From: Lama guanicoe
Taxonomy: Eukaryota
Direction of reading: 5' to 3'
NCBI GenBank assembly: GCA_013239625.1
Contig: MU055744.1
Coordinates: 712,355-776,354, forward strand
DNA length: 64,000 bases
In this document: piece by piece, positions 13,798-24,120 of the stretch
Layout: every line of letters starts with the position of its first letter
How positions within the stretch are numbered: the stretch's first letter is position 1
Translations under genes and position numbers: made by a program
The notes under the pieces: model-generated
What the model saw: the letters and a program-made list of their open reading frames with translations, nothing else
What the model was told of the DNA's origin: nothing
Database searches by the model: none

Positions 13798-13854
13798 TGG
13801 TTCGATGATGGCGGGTTCTCCCTTTTGACCTTTCTCGCCGCGTGGCCCTCCGAT
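13798..13854 (-). CDS. COL5A1: COL5A1 exon 9 (57 bp), start of COL2 minor helix
   Basis: Encodes [19 protein letters not shown]. Acceptor ggaccccAG after a long pyrimidine tract, donor GTAAGG. Confidence 0.98.
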
Positions 13855-14002
13855 CTGGGGTCCGTAAGGTGCAGAGAGAGGAGAAGGAGAGAAGGGAGGC
13901 GGTCCAGGTTACACCAAACCCGCACAGCTGACGGAGCGGGGGTCCCCCCCGGGCGTGGAAGGCGCCCCTGCTGGCCGGGCCCAGCACCCCCCAGCCACTC
14001 AC

Positions 14003-14170
14003 GCCCTCGTAGATGGTGTCCTGGTTCGCGGGCATGCCGGGCCCGATCTCCGACGGGGAGATGGTGGGGTCGTAGTAGGGGTCGTAGTAGTTCTCGTCCA
14101 GGTTCCTGATGGTCTCCTCTGTGAACTCCCCCTCCAGGTCGTCCCCCCCTTCCTCCGGAGGCGGGTCCGG
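14003..14170 (-). CDS. COL5A1: COL5A1 exon 8 (168 bp), variable region
   Basis: Encodes [56 protein letters not shown]. Acceptor cttccctctcAG, donor GTGAGT. Confidence 0.98.
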
Positions 14171-14879
14171 CTGAGAGGGAAGGGTGGCAGGGGTCACCCG
14201 AGGATGCCAGGTGACGGACAGAAACAGGCCCCCACCCCGGGACTCCAAGGACAGCGCTCCCAGACCTCAGCACGCGGGGCGCCTGGGGTCGAGGGCGTCT
14301 CCTCCCTCTCTTGATGGGGAACTCACTCCAGAGCCCCGCGACCCCACGGCACACCAGGGCTGCCCAGGGACGGAAACAGGGAAGGTGGGGCTGCCAAGGG
14401 ACTCCGGGCCCAGGGTCTCGGGGTAACGAGCCCCTAATCCCATGCCCACTGACAGAAGGGCTGGGACCCATCAGAACCCTGTGTGTCTGCTCTGCGGTCG
14501 TCAAGACTTCAGCATCACGTGACGGCTATTCTGAACCACTCGCCAGACACCATGGGCTGTGCTCAACTCTCTCATCTGAAAATGTGGCAACCACCCCGAG
14601 AAGCGGGCACCACTAGTGCCAGCTGTGAAAGGGACCACTGACTTCCAGAGGGGGCGGCACTCTCCCAGTCACTGGCGGGGCTCTCAAGCCGGGTCTGGCT
14701 GACGGGAAAGCCCACGGTCCTGCCCAGCACGCCCCGGCCTCAGGCCTTGTCTGCTTGTCCGCATCCCCACGGCGTAGCCCTGAGCAGCCTGCCCCATCCC
14801 GGGCCCTGACAGGGCCACTGTCCGCAGCCCCCGTGTCCTCACCCCCTTCCACCTGAACCCTGAGACCCGGAGGGCCGGC

Positions 14880-14945
14880 CTCATTCCACCCACTTTGCAG
14901 ATGAAAAACTGACCACGCTGAGGTCCACCCCGCAAGTCCCAGGCC
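14880..14945 (-). mobile_element. MIR SINE core remnant (approximate)
   Basis: CCCACTTTGCAGATGAAAAACTGA resembles the antisense MIR core CCCATTTTACAGATGAGGAAACTGAGG. Confidence 0.5.
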
Positions 14946-15117
14946 TCCCGGAGGGCACTTGGAGCAGCCCAGCTGCACAGGGCTGCAGGGCCAGGTGTGG
15001 CGGGCCGGGGGACGGCAGCCGCCCCGGGGCAGCAGGGTGAGGTGCACAGAAGGGGGCCCTCGGGGTCCAGCCCCCTCCCCCAGAGCAAGCCCGCCCGGCA
15101 GGCAGGGGAGCAATTAC

Positions 15118-15369
15118 GTTGGAGGCGTTGGAGGTGAGGACTGTGCTGGTGGGAACTTCGGCCCGGGCGCCCAGGTCGGGAAGCTGGTCAGGGTTCTCAT
15201 CCGGGGTCTCCATGCCTTCGCCGTAGTTGAGGTCCTCGTAAGGGGGGGGCGTGTAGTAGTCCTCGCTGGGCATGTAGTCGTAGTCCCCGATGCCGGGGTC
15301 CTCCTCCCTCCCGGGCCCCTCGCTGGTGTCGGGCACTGGAGAGGCTTCCGTGGGGGGCTGGGTCAGCTC
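15118..15369 (-). CDS. COL5A1: COL5A1 exon 7 (252 bp), variable region
   Basis: Encodes [84 protein letters not shown]. Acceptor ggctcccAG, donor GTAATT. Confidence 0.96.
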
Positions 15370-15935
15370 CTGGGAGCCAGGGCAGAGACAGGCAGGGTGA
15401 GGGGGGCGGCCGGTGAGCAGGAACCGGGTCTCAGGTTTCCTCTGCAGCCAGAGGTGGAGGCTGACCCATCGGCCAGCTGAGCCCAGTGGATCCAGCACAG
15501 GGGCCGCCTGGGCCCGGGAGGGGCAGCCCCGCCCAACAGTGTGCAGGGCAGGGACTAACGTCCCAGAACGACACACTTGACAGGGTGAACTGCGTCTCAA
15601 AGTTGCTTAAAAAGAGCATTCCAGACTCTCAGCAATACAGGTCAGTGTCCTCTCCACCCTCTAGGGAGGGGACCGTGTTCCTTCACATCCCTGTCTCTGG
15701 GTGTCACACGGCACCATGGAAGCCCGCTGCCCAGCGCTCCCCAAGAGCACAAAGCACCCAGGGTCCCTCGCTCCCCCGACCTCGCTCACCCGGCCACTCA
15801 CGTCCCCGCCGAGTCCCGCCCATCGCCTCCCAGGCTCCACGCATCTCCCAACAGCCCCCCAGGCTTGCCGAGGCGCCTCCTGTCCTCCCCCTGCCCTGCT
15901 GTCGCCCCCAGGGACCAGCAGCCCCCCGGCCTGAC

Positions 15936-16073
15936 CTCGGCCACCTCCGTGGTCTCGCGAGTAGCTCCCACCGGCGCCTCGGTGGGGGTGGGCTCCTTGC
16001 CCACGTCGTCCGTGTCCTCGTAGTAGGGGTACTCGTAGTAGTAGGTGTCTCCTTCGCCCTCTCCATCCGGGTA
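15936..16073 (-). CDS. COL5A1: COL5A1 exon 6 (138 bp), acidic Tyr-rich variable region
   Basis: Encodes [46 protein letters not shown]. Acceptor gactttcAG, donor GTCAGG. Confidence 0.96.
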
Positions 16074-17147
16074 CTGAAAGTCACCGGGGCCGCGTGATGA
16101 AGGAGCGAGACCCCCACGCGAGAGGCAAACGGCCTCTCCCTCCCCGCAGGCTCAGCCACGAAGATCAGGTGCCAGAAAGTCACGCCCAGCTCTAGACACG
16201 GCCCGCGGGCCCTGAACAGGGTCCTCCCCCTCCAGCTCCTGGGGGGCAGAGCCAGCCCCATGAGAAGTCCCAGGGGACGGCCCACGTCCCCTTCAACGAC
16301 AGATGGGCCCCAAAGGTCCAGCTGTTCTGACCCCCGGGACCTGAGGACCAGGAGAACCAGCCAAATGGTGGGCTCTGCTCACAAGGCCACCACCCCAGGG
16401 TTGCCCCCGACCTGCCCAGAACCACGCAGGAGAGGCAGCCTCGGAGCTGAGGGGGTGGGGGTGGGGTGGAGCGGGAGGCCTCGGGGGCGGGAACCCTGCC
16501 CCGCGCTCCGGTCTGCACGAAGTGCTGGGCCGGGCTCCACGGCCGCCTGGGGCCAGCCTCCTCCTCTTCCCACTGGCCGTGAAAGAAGGGAGGCCAGAGG
16601 AGACATGAGTGACTGAATTCTACTGGGCAGGGGCTGGGGAGGCTTCCCATCGGGCACAAAGGGCTGCAGACAGGATTAACTGAGACGCGGCTGGAGGGCG
16701 GGGCGGGGGATGGAAGGCTGAGCCCGGACACGCCGTCGCCCATCCGCAGGGAGGTGTCGGGCACACTCCTGGAACCCTCGGGCCGAGGCTGTCCCTCTGG
16801 GGGTCAGAGGGCCCGCCGTTCTGCGCGGACGGCCCCGAGCCCCCCGACCTGGCAGCCCCGAGGCGGCGCCCCGAGGGCACCTGTGGCACCCTCTCTCAAG
16901 CACCTGGGGCAGGTGTTAAGGGTAAGAGAGCCCTCTCTCTTCACCCAGAACCTTGTGTGAAGGGCCTTTTGTGACTCGGTCACTTTGAGGGCTCAGGACC
17001 CTTTGTAAGGTGGCTCAGGAACCCACCTTGTCCCCAGATCGATTACACTCTCACCCAGTGGGTTAACAGGGGTCCCACGGCTTCTGTGCCCCTCTCCCCA
17101 CCCCACCCCCGCAAGAGGGCCTGCCCCTGGCCCCCACCAGGACTCAC

Positions 17148-17279
17148 GTATTCATCCGGGTTGGGGTCCTGGGACTGGGGCTTTTCGGGGACCGCGGTGT
17201 CACAGTCAGGGCTGTAGTGCGTGCAGTGATCGTAAGCCGCCCGGTGGTCCGAGACGAAGAGCAGCTGCTGGATATCTCC
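17148..17279 (-). CDS. COL5A1: COL5A1 exon 5 (132 bp), end of TSPN domain and BMP-1 cleavage region (PQSQD)
   Basis: Encodes [44 protein letters not shown]. Acceptor atcctctttAG, donor GTGAGT. Confidence 0.98.
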
Positions 17280-17417
17280 CTAAAGAGGATGAGAGCCCTG
17301 AGCAGGCGGCACGGAAGGGACCCACGTGGGGACCCAGGAGACCTGCCTGACACCTGAAAGTTTGTCCTTGGGGCCAGACCTCCTCTGGGAGAGCTGCTGC
17401 TTCCAAAAGCCCCTCAA

Positions 17418-17517
17418 GCCACCCATCCATCCACCCACACACTCATCCAACCATCCACCAGTTCACCTGTCCAGCCAGCCATCCATCCGTCCATCCACCC
17501 GCTCACCCAGTTAGCCA
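17418..17517. repeat. Degenerate (TCCA)n microsatellite running into a gap
   Basis: Repeated CCATCCATCC/CCACCC units. Confidence 0.9.
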
Positions 17518-18113
17518 NNNNNNNNNNNNNNNNNNNNNNNNNNNNNNNNNNNNNNNNNNNNNNNNNNNNNNNNNNNNNNNNNNNNNNNNNNNNNNNNNNN
17601 NNNNNNNNNNNNNNNNNNNNNNNNNNNNNNNNNNNNNNNNNNNNNNNNNNNNNNNNNNNNNNNNNNNNNNNNNNNNNNNNNNNNNNNNNNNNNNNNNNNN
17701 NNNNNNNNNNNNNNNNNNNNNNNNNNNNNNNNNNNNNNNNNNNNNNNNNNNNNNNNNNNNNNNNNNNNNNNNNNNNNNNNNNNNNNNNNNNNNNNNNNNN
17801 NNNNNNNNNNNNNNNNNNNNNNNNNNNNNNNNNNNNNNNNNNNNNNNNNNNNNNNNNNNNNNNNNNNNNNNNNNNNNNNNNNNNNNNNNNNNNNNNNNNN
17901 NNNNNNNNNNNNNNNNNNNNNNNNNNNNNNNNNNNNNNNNNNNNNNNNNNNNNNNNNNNNNNNNNNNNNNNNNNNNNNNNNNNNNNNNNNNNNNNNNNNN
18001 NNNNNNNNNNNNNNNNNNNNNNNNNNNNNNNNNNNNNNNNNNNNNNNNNNNNNNNNNNNNNNNNNNNNNNNNNNNNNNNNNNNNNNNNNNNNNNNNNNNN
18101 NNNNNNNNNNNNN
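17518..18113. other. Assembly gap (596 N) in intron 4
   Basis: N run. Confidence 0.99.
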
Positions 18114-19639
18114 CGCCTGCCAGGTGCCAGACCAGTGCTCAGATCTTTTGTCTCCTGCAGGCGATCAATGCAACCTGTGAATTCCTCAGCCCTAAACTCC
18201 AAGGGCTTGGAAGCACCCTGCCTCCTTCTCTGCCGCCCCAACCACAGGGGTGGGGAGTGAAGATTTTTTCAGGAGGCAAAATCCCCTACGACCCAGAAAT
18301 TTCAATACCAAGGACTCAGATAGGTACATGAACAATTCGCCCAAATCAGTTCACCCCAGAGAGAGCTGCGGGAGGGGCTCCAGCCCACGGCCGCCCACAT
18401 TCACAGCCAACCCATCCCCACAGCCACGGGTGGGAGCAGCCCAGTGCGCACCGATGGCGCGTGGATGGGGACCAGCTGCCATTCGTCCACACGACGGTTA
18501 GAATCACTCAGCCAGGAAAGGGGATGCGTGGCTGACACTTGCCACAGGTGCATGGATCACCCCACCAGCCACCGAGCCTCCTGGTCTTTTCCAGGCATCC
18601 TCCCGGCAGCCAACAGCGCCACTGTCAGCTCAGGAGAGCATGCATTTTATTCCACTGTTCTCATCACGATGGGGAGACGACTCAAAACGACAGGGCAGCT
18701 CCAAGGGAAGGGACAGCACAGGTCCCACAAACCCCACCAACACCCGCCGTCCCCCAGGGCTTCGACCCCATCCTGCAGGAGTAAACTGGTTGAAGTGGTA
18801 ATAACTGCGTTAATGACTCGTGTTTAGACAGCGTTTCCTGTCAATCTGACGCTGGGCAGAGAAGCTCTCTGCGCCCAAGAGGACCCTGCAGACTGCGCCT
18901 GCTTAATCCCCGTTCTGCAGCTGGAGGAGCCAAGCCCTAAGAGGCCAGCGCGGCAGTCACCAGGCAGGAGAGCGGGGCCCCTTCGCCACACGACCCGCCG
19001 AGCTCTCGTTGTTGGGGGAAGAAGACGGAAGGATGTGGGGATGCTGGACTCCGTCCTTGGGGACAGCGCCCATGCAGGGTCATCAGGGGCGATGCCAGGG
19101 CTGCGCTCCTTGCTGTGCATGCGTCTTCCCCAGAATCCGTTCTGTGTGACAGTGAAGGACGGGCCCGAGGCCACTGCGAAGCCATCACCAGTGGGTCCTG
19201 GGGTCAAGGTGCCAGGGCTGCACCCAGAGGGCGGCACATTCTCATGGCTCATCTGCAACTTCGCTCCTTCGGGTGGAGAGACCTCTCTGGACCTTGGCTC
19301 AAGCACAGCTTCCCTCCTCCAGAAAGCCCCCGGCGTGCTGGCGTGCAGCCCCGGGGGCCCTGAGGGGCCCCTCGCCGTGCGCGCCGGGTCCCCGCGCACC
19401 GCCCTCCGTCCCTCGGCCCGGTACCGGCTTCTGGGCGAGGCTCTGTGTGCACCTGCTCCTCGTCGCTGCGGGCCGCTCTCCTCCAGGGAGACCCCTGACT
19501 TGAGGTCTGGCCGGAGCAGGACAGGCACTGCACTTGGACGAGGGACAGCTCAGAGCACTGGACACGGTGACAGTCAGCCGGCTCCAGGGACAGAGGGAAT
19601 CCCCACCCCCGGGGTGTGCGGGGAGGAGCTGCTGTGCAC

Positions 19640-19815
19640 AGCACTTTCTGGCTGTGTGGCCCTCGTCAGCCCGCTCACCTCTCTGAGCCCTTCTCTTTCT
19701 GCTGCGAATGAGCATAAAGGTGCTAATATCCACCTCACCCGGTCCCGGGGGCTATGGGTCCCCCGGGCAAGACTCCGTGTACACAGAAGGTGCTCCGTAA
19801 GGAGCATTAAGGATT
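19640..19815 (+). mobile_element. MIR SINE remnant (approximate)
   Basis: GGCTGTGTGGCCCTCGTCAGCCCGCTCACCTCTCTGAGCCC...GTACACAGAAGGTGCTCCGTAA resembles the MIR body and tail. Confidence 0.55.
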
Positions 19816-20149
19816 TGTGATCAATGGAGGGGTGCTCAGGAAAAGTCCTGGGTGGGGGCAGGATCTGAAGGCATTAAGAGGCTTTGAGGTCCCAAGGGGT
19901 GAAGAGTGGGTCGCTGGCAGCACATGAGTGAGGACGGCAGGGCAGAGACCACTGGTCCGGACAGCGGCACTGGAAAGGGGGCAAGAGGGCACATGCGGAA
20001 GGGCCAGTGAGGGGAGGTCGTGGGGCCGAGGGGGACTCAACAGGAAACGGGTGTCAGCCCCCGAGGAGGGAGGAAGGACGGGCGTGTTTACCGCAGGCAA
20101 AGAGCCCAGCTTGTTCTCAACCACCCACCCACGCACAATCGCCCACTAC

Positions 20150-20320
20150 CCGGCCACCATCCATCCTTCCATCCGCCCATCCATCCATGACACATCCATC
20201 CATGGTCCTTCCATCCATCTACCCATGACCCACTCATCCTTCCATCCACTCATCAAAAGCAACTACTGCGCACCTACGAAGTGCAAGCCACTGCACCGCA
20301 CACGAGGGACGCAGCCATGG
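20150..20320 (-). mobile_element. (CCAT)n microsatellite adjoining an antisense L2 3' tail
   Basis: CCAT repeats at 20155-20250, then CATCAAAAGCAACTACTGCGCACCTACGAAGTGCAAGCCACTG, similar to L2 antisense CATTCAACAAATATTTATTGAGCACCTACTATGTGCCAGGCACTG. Confidence 0.6.
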
Positions 20321-23300
20321 CCCAGAGCCACTGCCTGGCGGTGCCCACGACCACCCCGACACCACGGGCTTGCCTTGCGCCTCACACATAAGGCACTGTC
20401 GTACCCAGACCATGAATTCGTCAGGTTTCCACTGATGTCCCCACCAGTCCCACCGCCCTCTTCTGGCCAGAAGCCTGAGGCTGCCCTTGACCCTGCACCC
20501 CGGCTCTGCCGAGGCACATTAGGTAGGCACCTGCAGGGCAGGGCCATGAGTGAAGCCAGAACACACATCAGGGCCACAGGCCCAGGCAAAGAAGGCGCAC
20601 CCGCCCTGCCTGTCCATCTGGCGAAGGTGCGTGAGCCCTTTCCCTGGGCCAGATCCCGGGCTGGGCCGGGAGGGGAGAGAGAGGTGCGAGAGGGGCCAGA
20701 TGTGGCCTCTCATCGCCAGACTGTGGCAGGGCTGGGGGACATGTCACCCAAGGCCACTAAGCTTGGGTCCAGAGATGGCCTCTGGGTCTGTGAAACAAGG
20801 TGCCGGCCGTGTGCGCTGCTCTGGGGACAAGACCCTGGCCCTCCTCGGCTTCCCAAAGGCTCGGTGGGAAACCGATCCAGAGATGGGTGGCAGTCCTGGA
20901 GCCCAGAAGAGGCCCACCCCTGCCTGGTCCCTGAGGCACGGTTCCAAATACGTGGCCCCCCAACCTGGGTTTGAAATCCCCCATGATGAGAGAGGGGCTT
21001 GGAACTCCCTCCCACCCCCCACCGCCCCGGCGGCATTACTCCAGGCAGGCGACCCTGAAGTGGACAGCTCCTCCCGCCGGCACACACACCTCCCCGTCAG
21101 CATCACCAGGCCCAGCCCGGCAGCAGCCCCTCTGCCCTCCTGCCACTGCGACAAGCAGGCGTGCGGGGGTGCTGCCCGCTGGGGCCCTAGCCCCCGCCCA
21201 CCCCCACTGCAGCGAGGAGGGCGTCGTGGCGGCAGAGCAGGCGAGGAGCCCCCCCCACACCCCTCAGCACTGGGCAGGAGGCTTTGCTCTGCAAATTCAC
21301 GCCCTTCTCCCCTCACCCACCCACGGGTGTCAGGGGCACCAGGCCCTCGCCCTTGCTTCAAACTGTCCAGCAGAACCACACGCCAGAACCGGTGACTCGA
21401 AAGCACGTGTTTTCACTAAACAACATGACTTCTAGTTCAAATTTCATCCCACTCAGATACAACATTTTCTCCTTCCAACTGGCAGCCTGACGTCTGAACA
21501 CACGTCCTCCGTGCAGTGACTGGAAGGAAGGAGGCCGGAGCCCCTGAGGGCAGCATGACCCCTGGGGGAGCCCCACGATGGAGCTGCGAGCACACTGATC
21601 GCAGCGGTCTGGCCAAGGGCCTGCCTCCCCGCAGAGCCAGGTCCACGGCCGTGCACGTGGCCGGTGTCCCCGTGTCCCTGTCTCCCAGGGCGCCCGGCCC
21701 GGCACCGGGCCTCCCAGACCCGCACAAGGTGGCACTCAGGCCCCACAGCGGTGAGCAGGGCTGAAGACCGGGGCGTCCACACCCACGAAGCCGAGCAGGG
21801 GGGTCTCCCACCACTCAGCCCCGGCTCTGGGGTGGGAGCACGTTGGTGCAGACCAGCCCCAGCCAGGCCTGGCTCCCGCCCGGCCGCCCGCCCCGCCAGG
21901 TGCAGGAGCGAACACGTGATCAGCTGAGGGCCCTGCAAGCGTGGAGCCCCTCATTCCCAGCATCCACCCTCCCCGGCAAATGCCCACACGTGTTCAAAAT
22001 CCTTTTTCCCACCAAGTCCTCTGGTGGGTTTTGGCGCCAAAAACACACGCCCATTTGTTCTGTTCAGAGGGCAGGGGCCCTGGCCCCCCGCCCGTCGTGG
22101 AGAAGGGGAGGCTGAGGCGCAGGCGTGAAGCCCCCAGAAGCTCTGCCCCTGGGTCCTCGTCTGGAGCCCCGTCCAGCCCACCCACTACCTCTTTCCTGCA
22201 CAGGGGGTGGGGGCTCACACCGCTGAGCACCCCATCAGGAGCAGGGAGCTTCGGGGCAGGACCCTGGGATGACACGGGAGTGGCACCAGCTCTGCCCCCA
22301 AACTCCTAGACGGAGCAGATGCTGCCGTCTCCAAACCGCCCACGGGTGCGTGTGCAGCCAGGTGCTGCCTTGGTGCCACCTCCCGGGGGTGCAGGGGGCA
22401 GGGCAGGGAGGGGGCCCAGGACGCTGCCCCCACAGCCCCCAGCAGCAGACCCCACCGAGGACTGGGCGGAGGAGCCGGGTCTCAAACGCACCCCGCACAG
22501 CCCAAGGAAGCCACCGACGGCCCCTCCCTGGCCACACGGGGGGACCAGGCCAGCACAAGGCCAGGAGCACGGGGGCCCCGCCCTGGGCCGGGGGTTCCAG
22601 GCCCTCTCCCCTCGGGCCGATGATCGCTATCCTGACTAGAGATGGGACAGTTCCTGGCCCCAAAAGCACTGATAGAGTGCTGGGGGGCACAGGCAGCCAT
22701 GGGGACAGGGGGCGGCTCCGGTGTCCAGGGGCGTCACGCTCAAGGACGCCCACGTCCCTGAAACCCGTGACCTTCACGAAACCTGCCCCGCGGAGGCCTC
22801 CAGGGCAGAGGGAAGTCCTGCCTCCTCCGGCCCCACCCGCAGCAGGGGCCGCCTCAGACACTCTGTCCTAAAGGGCTGCTGGGTGCGTGGGGTTCGGAGC
22901 CGTAAGGCTCTGGTTGTCGTGGCGCACAGCCAGGACTGAGAGCCGCCCCCTTAGTCCTCCGACAAGCTCCCAGCTTACATCTGGGCCAGTGCAGCCCCCC
23001 AGGGGAGCGCCCCCCTTCCACCCCCAGTGACGCCTCAGGACGCCCTCTGTCCCTCCTGGAATGTCCCACTAGAGCCAACCACTTTCCCTCTGGAGCGAGG
23101 GGCCCGTGGGGGACTGTCCCAGGCCCACCGGCCACCAGCGGGCAGACCCAGACAGGACCAGCCTCTGGGAGCCTCGGCTCTCCGCCCTCCTCCACGCCCA
23201 GCTGGACCACGCAGACGGCTCCGCCAGGAGTTCGGAAAACCAAAGCAGACCCGCCACGGGGACAGGAAGGAAGCCAGGACTGCAGGGTCCGAGCCTGCAT

Positions 23301-23879
23301 CTCAGGCTGGGGCCGCCGGGACCTCACGTCCCGTGTGGAGACCCCGTCCCCTTCTCCCGCGGTGCTTCGTCTCCTTGAGGCCAGAGGCAACCCCAGAATC
23401 TGCTGGCAGCCGCCACCCAGTTTGGAGGCGTCAGCCCCACAGCTGCCCACAAGCCGTTACATGTTGCCTTTCAAGTGTGAAACGAATGGTCACAACTTCA
23501 AGACTGTGTTTCAAGAGTTTTCCACAATGCCTCCAGTGACGGGAAACCAGCTCCAGCTCCAGGCGGGAGACCCGTCATGAAGCCCCTCCCCGCGGAGCCT
23601 TCGCAGGGGCTGCCGGTGGGACATGCGGGGCCCCCAGCCACAGCCCCTCAGAGCCCGGGGAGAGCCAGGGGACAGCCCCAGCTCCGCTGCGCCCCCGGAC
23701 CTCCTGGCATCCTGCCTCCCTGCCCCTCGCAGCTCAGCCCAGGCAGGGCTTCTCAAAAGGGGCTCCATGGAGGCACCTGGGGTCTTCAGCAGGTTTTACA
23801 CATCAGGCTGCCCCGGAAGATGTTACGTAAGAAAGGGCTTCCAGGGTTTTCTTAGAAAGTCAAAACCCTTGATGTAGTA

Positions 23880-24120
23880 AAATCGTCTCATTTTACAGAC
23901 TAGGAACCTGAGGTTAGGGGGTGGGTCCCCCTGGGCTCGGCAGTGGGTCAGCTCCCAGGTCTCTGAGTCCCAGGATTTGTGATGTCGGGATGGCTCCACT
24001 GTGCGCCTGGCCATTGCTGGACACCCCCCATGCATCCTCCCTGAGCCCCACCACAAGCCCCATCTTACAGATGGGGAAACTGAGGCAGTGAGGTCGAAGA
24101 ACCATGCAGAACCAAGAGGG
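23880..24120 (-). mobile_element. Two adjacent MIR SINE core remnants (approximate)
   Basis: CTCATTTTACAGACTAGGAACCTGAGG (~23887) and CCCCATCTTACAGATGGGGAAACTGAGGC (~24058). Confidence 0.7.

Noticed and set aside
19928-20974. 348-aa + strand ORF
   Set aside because: It runs through a (CCAT)n repeat and an L2 remnant, starts at GTG and has no protein-like features.
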